A stretch of DNA of 54,045 nucleotides. Origin: Parabacteroides sp. (lineage in GTDB: Bacteria > Bacteroidota > Bacteroidia > Bacteroidales > Tannerellaceae). This document shows, piece after piece, positions 48,719 to 54,045 of the stretch. The notes beneath the pieces are model-generated. The model was not told the DNA's origin. It saw only the letters and a list, made by a program, of their open reading frames with translations, and did no database searches. Position 1 is the stretch's first letter, and every line of letters begins with the position of its first letter. The stretch is taken from positions 1-54,045 of the forward strand of contig DBGBSM010000366.1 of the NCBI GenBank assembly GCA_048468815.1. Reading direction: 5' to 3'. The position numbers and the translations under genes are program-made.

Positions 48719-50179
48719 ATGTTTCAGTTGAATGTGCGGTTCATTGTGAAGATGCTGGGGTCGATGCTGATGCTCGAAACCCTGTTTATGCTGAGTGCGG
48801 TAGTGGTGGCCGTTATTTACGGGGGTGACGACGTATATCCGCTCTTGCTGTCGAGCGGCCTTATGTTCGGCAGCGGGCTGTTGTTATATTTAGCCGGGTT
48901 GAAAGCCAACGAAAGCACGGCCGGCCGCCGGGAAGGGATGCTTACGGTTACGCTTACCTGGATTTTGTTTTCGTTTTACGGTATGCTGCCGTATTATTTA
49001 GGCGGTTACATTCCGAAAATAGTAGACGCTTATTTCGAAACGATGTCGGGATTTACGACTACCGGCTCTACGATTCTTACCGACATAGAGGCGCTCCCTC
49101 ACGGAATCCTGTTCTGGCGAAGCCTCACGCAATGGGAAGGCGGTATCGGGATGATTGTATTTACCATCGCCTTGCTTCCGCTTTTCGGAGTGGGCGCCTC
49201 GCAGCTTTTCGACGCCGAGACGCCCGGTATTACCCACGACCGCTTCCGGCCCCGGGTAACCCAGGTAGCCAAACGGCTATGGGGTATCTATGTAGTGCTT
49301 ACTTCCGTATTGGCCGTGTTGCTGTGGATGGGACCGATGAACTTGTTCGATGCGGTATGTCACTCACTCACTTGCCTTTCTACGGGGGGCTATTCTACTA
49401 AGAACGCCAGTATCGCTTACTGGAACTCGGCTTACCTCGACTACACCCTGATGGTATTTATGTTTATCGGCTCGATTAACTTTACCTTGATGTATTTCGT
49501 TATACAAGGGAAATACAAAAAGTTTTTCAACAACGAGGAATTGCGCTGGTTCTTCTTTTTCGTGTTAGGAGCTATCGTAGTAGTAACGGGTTGGTTGGTA
49601 TGGAAACGCCTGGAGCCCGATTTTTTCATGGCGTTGCGCAAAGGTGCCTTCCAGGTGGTAACGCTGGTTTCCACTACCGGATACGCTACGGCCGACTACA
49701 ATCCGTGGGGCGCGTTTTTCTGGATGATCGCCTTGGTGCTGATGGTGATTTGCGGGTGCGCAGGCTCTACCTGCGGCGGATTGAAAATGGGACGTTTCGT
49801 AATTCTTACCAAGAATATGCTGAACCAGTTTAAGAAGCAGACCCATCCGCATGCCGTTATTCCCGTCCGGGTAAACGGGCAAGCGTTATCGGTCGACCTG
49901 GTACAGCGGGTACTGGCCTTCGCTTTCGTGTATTTCGGCATTATCGTTGCGGGCAACCTGGCGCTGATGGCGGGGGGAATCGCTTTCGAAGATTCGCTGG
50001 GCGCCGTGGTATCGGCCATGAGTAATACCGGGCCCGGACTGGGAAACGTGGGGCCTGTGGATAACTACGCCTGGATGCCGGATTATGCGAAATGGGTTCT
50101 CGCGTTTATCATGATGACCGGGCGCCTGGAAATATTTACCGTAATCACGTTGTTATTGCCCGGTTTCTGGAAACAATAA
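48719..50179 (+). CDS. trkH: Trk potassium uptake membrane subunit
   Basis: FETMSGFTTTG, STGGYS, STTGY, GSTCGGLK and GRLEIF motifs. Confidence 0.95.
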   Translation: MFQLNVRFIVKMLGSMLMLETLFMLSAVVVAVIYGGDDVYPLLLSSGLMFGSGLLLYLAGLKANESTAGRREGMLTVTLTWILFSFYGMLPYYLGGYIPKIVDAYFETMSGFTTTGSTILTDIEALPHGILFWRSLTQWEGGIGMIVFTIALLPLFGVGASQLFDAETPGITHDRFRPRVTQVAKRLWGIYVVLTSVLAVLLWMGPMNLFDAVCHSLTCLSTGGYSTKNASIAYWNSAYLDYTLMVFMFIGSINFTLMYFVIQGKYKKFFNNEELRWFFFFVLGAIVVVTGWLVWKRLEPDFFMALRKGAFQVVTLVSTTGYATADYNPWGAFFWMIALVLMVICGCAGSTCGGLKMGRFVILTKNMLNQFKKQTHPHAVIPVRVNGQALSVDLVQRVLAFAFVYFGIIVAGNLALMAGGIAFEDSLGAVVSAMSNTGPGLGNVGPVDNYAWMPDYAKWVLAFIMMTGRLEIFTVITLLLPGFWKQ

Positions 50180-50223
50180 CCGGGTACCCGCGCTTTTTTA
50201 TTGGTTCATCCTGATTTTCGGCG

Positions 50224-50231
50224 TACCTTTG
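50224..50231 (+). promoter_or_regulatory. -7 promoter element for aroA
   Basis: TACCTTTG, with ATTG 20 nt upstream. Confidence 0.6.
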
Positions 50232-50257
50232 CGAATCGAAATAAAGAGATATTCCTT

Positions 50258-51481
50258 ATGAACTACCTAATCACGGCACCCGACCGGCTCCGCACCACCG
50301 TCAGGCTACCCGCCTCCAAAAGCATCAGCAACCGGGCGTTAATCCTGAACGCCTTGAGTTACAGCCCGTACGAAATACAAAATTTATCCGACTGCGACGA
50401 TACGGAAGTGATGGTGCGCGCCCTGAATTCGGATAGCGCTTGCTTCGACGTACGTGCGGCCGGCACGGCCATGCGTTTCCTTACGGCGTTCTTATCGAAA
50501 ATCGTGGGCGAATGGGTGATTACCGGAACGGAACGGATGAAACAGCGTCCTATCAAATTGCTGGTGGATGCACTCAATTCGCTCGGCGCCCGCATCGAAT
50601 ACATGGAAAAAGAAGGGTATCCCCCGTTACGTATTTTCGGAAGCGCCTTACAGGGAGGCGAAATTACCCTGAACGGCGGCGTAAGCTCCCAATACATTTC
50701 GGCGTTGCTGATGATTGCGCCGCTGATGGAAAAAGGATTACGCCTGCATCTGGAAGGAAAGTTGATTTCACGGCCGTATATCGACCTGACACTCCGGTTG
50801 ATGGAGCAATACGGCGTTACCGCCCGCTGGACCGGCGATAGCATTTGCGTAGCGCCGCAAGAATACAAGCCGGTGCGCTTTACGGTAGAATCCGACTGGT
50901 CGGCCGCTTCGTACTGGTACGAAACGATGCTGCTTTCCGGGCACGCCGAAATCGAACTGACGGGGCTGTTCAAGAACAGTTTCCAGGGTGATGCACAGGG
51001 AGCCGGATTATTCGACCGCTTAGGGGTAAGCACACTTTTTACGGAGCGCGGCGTACGCCTGAAACGAAACGGGAATACTTGCGCCAAGCTGGTTTATAAC
51101 TTTGTGAACGAGCCCGATTTGGCTCAAACTTTTGTCGTAACGTGCGTGTTAACTAATACGCCGTTCCGCTTTACCGGCCTCCAATCGCTGAAGATTAAGG
51201 AAACCGACCGCATCGAAGCGTTGAAAGCGGAAGTGCGCAAGTTAGGCTACGTGCTTCACGACAGCAACGACAGCATACTGGAATGGAACGGCGAGCGTTG
51301 CGAGCCGGAAGCCATGCCGGTAATCGAAACGTACGAAGACCACCGGATGGCGATGGCATTCGCGCCTGCCGCATTGGCCAGAAAAGAAGGCATCACGATT
51401 GCGAACCCGGGAGTGGTAAGCAAATCGTATCCCGGCTACTGGAACGATTTGGAAGCTGCCGGATTCGTGATAAACAAATAA
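50258..51481 (+). CDS. aroA: EPSP synthase
   Basis: LPASKSISNR, AGTAMRF, SSQYISAL, KETDRI and EDHRMAMAF motifs; ATG at 50258. Confidence 0.97.
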   Translation: MNYLITAPDRLRTTVRLPASKSISNRALILNALSYSPYEIQNLSDCDDTEVMVRALNSDSACFDVRAAGTAMRFLTAFLSKIVGEWVITGTERMKQRPIKLLVDALNSLGARIEYMEKEGYPPLRIFGSALQGGEITLNGGVSSQYISALLMIAPLMEKGLRLHLEGKLISRPYIDLTLRLMEQYGVTARWTGDSICVAPQEYKPVRFTVESDWSAASYWYETMLLSGHAEIELTGLFKNSFQGDAQGAGLFDRLGVSTLFTERGVRLKRNGNTCAKLVYNFVNEPDLAQTFVVTCVLTNTPFRFTGLQSLKIKETDRIEALKAEVRKLGYVLHDSNDSILEWNGERCEPEAMPVIETYEDHRMAMAFAPAALARKEGITIANPGVVSKSYPGYWNDLEAAGFVINK

Positions 51482-51498
51482 AACGGAGACAAACGGGT

Positions 51499-51921
51499 AT
51501 GTGGATTATTATCATAGGATTGGTTGCATTAGGCATCGTAGCCGCATTACTGGGGTACCTGCGCAACCGGAAGCTCCAACGCCAGTTGGAACGGGGAGAA
51601 ATCGACGAGATTCCCGAACCGAAGGAAATACCGGAGGTTTGCTGCGGAGCGCACGAAGTTTGCGAGCGCGACAGCTTATTGGCGGCGGTAAGTAAGAAAA
51701 TCGAATATTACGACGACGAGGAGCTGGATGCCTACCGGGGTATGCCTGCCGACGGTTACCCGGCGGAGGCCGTAAACGAATTCCGGGAAGTGCTCTACAC
51801 GTTACGCGAAACGGAAGTGGCCGGCTGGTTACGCAGCCTGCAATTACGGGGCATCGAACTGCCCGACGAGCTGAAAGACGAAGCGTTTTTAATTGTCGGC
51901 GAACGACGTATACATTCTTGA
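51499..51921 (+). CDS. Hypothetical membrane-anchored protein with CCGxHxxC motif
   Basis: N-terminal TM segment; CCGAHEVCE and IEYYDDEELD motifs; ATG at 51499. Confidence 0.75.
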   Translation: MWIIIIGLVALGIVAALLGYLRNRKLQRQLERGEIDEIPEPKEIPEVCCGAHEVCERDSLLAAVSKKIEYYDDEELDAYRGMPADGYPAEAVNEFREVLYTLRETEVAGWLRSLQLRGIELPDELKDEAFLIVGERRIHS

Positions 51922-51923
51922 CG

Positions 51924-52742
51924 ATGGAGTTACTACAGTATGTTTTTTTCCAGAATGCCCTGCTGGGTAGTTTCTTAACGGCGATTGTCTGCGGAATTAT
52001 CGGCACGTATATCGTTGCCCGGCGCCTGGTGTTTATCAGCGGCGGAATTACGCATGCTTCGTTCGGCGGGCTCGGGCTCGGGTTTTACCTGAACATGAAC
52101 CCCGTAGTGATGGCATTGGCATTTGCCGTAGCCTCGGCCTTCGGGGTGGAGTGGATGTCGAAGAAGCAGGGAGTGAGGGAAGATTCGGCTATCGCCGGTT
52201 TCTGGGCGTTAGGCATGGCCATCGGCGTAATTTTTATTTTTCTCACGCCCGGCTACGCACCGAACCTATCGGCGTTTTTATTCGGAAATATCCTCACGAT
52301 TACGCACGGCGACATTTACTGGATCGCCCTGCTGGTAGGTTTGCTCGTTTTGTTTTTTTCTTTCTTTTACCGGGAAATCGTGTACGTAGCGTTCGACGGC
52401 GATTTCGCCGTAACGCAACGGTTGCCGGTTAAGACGATAGAATATGTGCTGATGTTCTTTATTTCCGTAACGATTGTCGTTTCCATCCGCCTGGTGGGAA
52501 TCATGCTGCTGATGTCGTTGCTTACCTTGCCTCAGATGACCGTCAACCTGTTTACCTCTGATTTCCGGAAAATCATTTTCGGCTCCATCGGTATCGGATT
52601 CGCCGGATGCGTACTCGGACTTATCCTGTCATATTTCCTGTATGTACCTTCCGGGGCCTTTATCATTCTTGTGTTAGTCGTGGTATTCCTGCTGTTAAAA
52701 GGAGTACAAACCTGGACGGGCAAAAGTGCTGTCAACAAATAA
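51924..52742 (+). CDS. Zn/Mn ABC transporter permease (ZnuB-like)
   Basis: GITHASFGG, FLFGNIL and VGIMLL..LLTLP motifs. Confidence 0.9.
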   Translation: MELLQYVFFQNALLGSFLTAIVCGIIGTYIVARRLVFISGGITHASFGGLGLGFYLNMNPVVMALAFAVASAFGVEWMSKKQGVREDSAIAGFWALGMAIGVIFIFLTPGYAPNLSAFLFGNILTITHGDIYWIALLVGLLVLFFSFFYREIVYVAFDGDFAVTQRLPVKTIEYVLMFFISVTIVVSIRLVGIMLLMSLLTLPQMTVNLFTSDFRKIIFGSIGIGFAGCVLGLILSYFLYVPSGAFIILVLVVVFLLLKGVQTWTGKSAVNK

Positions 52743-52753
52743 AAAAGAAAGGT

Positions 52754-53521
52754 TTACTCCTCCGTTTCGAATTGCTCCATCGTAAGGTTCTCTCCATCCC
52801 ATACGATATAAGAGAAATGGCGCATCCAGTCGCCGGCTATCAATAGGCGCGACGTACGCGAAAGCATCAAATCCAGCATGATGTGACGGTGTCCGAAAAT
52901 AAAAAAATGAATATCCGGATGGGATTTCAAATATTCTTTGGCAAACAAAACCAGGTACTCGGCGGCTTCCCCTTTGTACGAACCGGTTTCTTCCTGCTCG
53001 CGCAGCCCCGACCGGCGGCTCTGTAACGACCAACCGTACGCAAACCCCATCGTCCACCTCGGATGAATCGCCGCATACAGCCGTTGGCAGAAAGGATTCC
53101 GGAACAACCCGCGCAGAAACCGGAACGTAAGCGAACGGTTGTCGACCTCGTCGCCGTGCGCCAGAAAAAAACGTTTCCCGAGTAAGTCCGCCGTAAGCGG
53201 CTCGCGGTGGATAATAGCCCCGGTTTCGGCCGGCAGGTAATCGAACATCCAGATATCGTGGTTTCCGATAAAGAAATGCATCTCTACTCCCGCGTCCGCC
53301 ATTTCCGCCACTTTTCCCAGGAAACGGGTGAATCCTTTCGGCACCACGTATTTATATTCGAACCAATAGTCGAACATATCTCCCAGGAAATAAACAGCTG
53401 CGGCCTCGTGGCGGATGCTATCCAACCAACGAACCAATCTTTTTTCAATGGCAAGCGGGTCTCGATGAAACCGGGCGCCCAGGTGAGCGTCCGAAGCAAA
53501 ATAAATTTTCTTTCGGTTCAT
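52754..53521 (-). CDS. lpxH: UDP-2,3-diacylglucosamine hydrolase
   Basis: SDAHLG, LGDMFDYW, GNHD, HGD, GHRH and GDW metallophosphoesterase motifs. Confidence 0.85.
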   Translation of the reverse strand: MNRKKIYFASDAHLGARFHRDPLAIEKRLVRWLDSIRHEAAAVYFLGDMFDYWFEYKYVVPKGFTRFLGKVAEMADAGVEMHFFIGNHDIWMFDYLPAETGAIIHREPLTADLLGKRFFLAHGDEVDNRSLTFRFLRGLFRNPFCQRLYAAIHPRWTMGFAYGWSLQSRRSGLREQEETGSYKGEAAEYLVLFAKEYLKSHPDIHFFIFGHRHIMLDLMLSRTSRLLIAGDWMRHFSYIVWDGENLTMEQFETEE

Positions 53522-53539
53522 AGGCGGAGAAAAAACGGG

Positions 53540-53857
53540 TTAGAGGAATCCTAATTCCAACTTGGCTTCTTCGCTCATCATTTCCTTGGTCCATTCCGGC
53601 TCGAATACCAGGTTTACCTCCACGTTCCGTATCCCCTCCACGCTTTCCACCTTCATGCGGACATCTTCCAGAATAAAGTCGGCGGCCGGACAGTTGGGCG
53701 CCGTAAGCGTCATATCGATACGTACGTTTTTTTCGTCGTCCAACTCCACGTTGTAAATTAGTCCCAGGTCGTATATATTGACCGGTATTTCCGGATCGTA
53801 TACGGTTTTGAGCATTTCTACGATAGCTTCTTCGGTCTGGAGAAATTCGTTGTTCAT
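53540..53857 (-). CDS. DUF59/SufT-like Fe-S assembly protein
   Basis: VYDPEIPVNIYDLGLIY and MTLTAPNCP motifs; ATG at 53857; TATCTTTG at 53956-53963 (- strand). Confidence 0.88.
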   Translation of the reverse strand: MNNEFLQTEEAIVEMLKTVYDPEIPVNIYDLGLIYNVELDDEKNVRIDMTLTAPNCPAADFILEDVRMKVESVEGIRNVEVNLVFEPEWTKEMMSEEAKLELGFL

Positions 53858-54045
53858 TTCCGAGTATAATTTAGGACCCAGATAAAGTTGCCCGAAAGCA
53901 GAATCAGGATTTACTTCTGCCGACCTACAACTCATCTTTGTTTTATTTTTTGAAACAAAGATACATCATATCTTTTATTCTATAACTGAACCGGAAGAAA
54001 AAGAAAATGTTCAACGGAAAACGCAGGCACGACCCGCAGCAGCCG

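Overview
Bacteroidales chromosome segment (Parabacteroides/Tannerellaceae-like by gene content; inferred, not searched). Positions 1-37.3 kb hold two divergent polysaccharide utilisation loci (PULs). The left one (- strand) is MFS sugar porter, DUF5107/TPR protein, GH97, SusC, SusD, two lipoproteins and a second GH97, with a divergent AraC regulator. The right one (+ strand) is SusC, SusD, GH2 and a CxxCH/FGE-domain protein. Two back-to-back paralogous hybrid two-component systems (HTCS) lie between them. Positions 37.4-54 kb are housekeeping genes: O-antigen-ligase-like, Sua5/YciO, fabI, murF-alr, GSCFA, dxs, trkA, trkH, aroA, a metal ABC permease, lpxH and a DUF59 protein. Two signals stand out. 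(1) The 376-bp gap between the HTCS genes has one consensus Bacteroidetes promoter between inverted copies of a 21-26 bp quasi-palindromic site present three times, and the two 5' coding ends share a 74-bp near-perfect inverted repeat. This is a candidate invertible promoter that selects one of two sensors. (2) A family of intergenic repeats about 210 nt long shows compensatory base changes in several stems and a pseudoknot, and local GC skew appears to flip across these repeats. I saw no tRNA, rRNA, CRISPR array, transposase or recombinase. All family calls come from motif recognition, not database searches.
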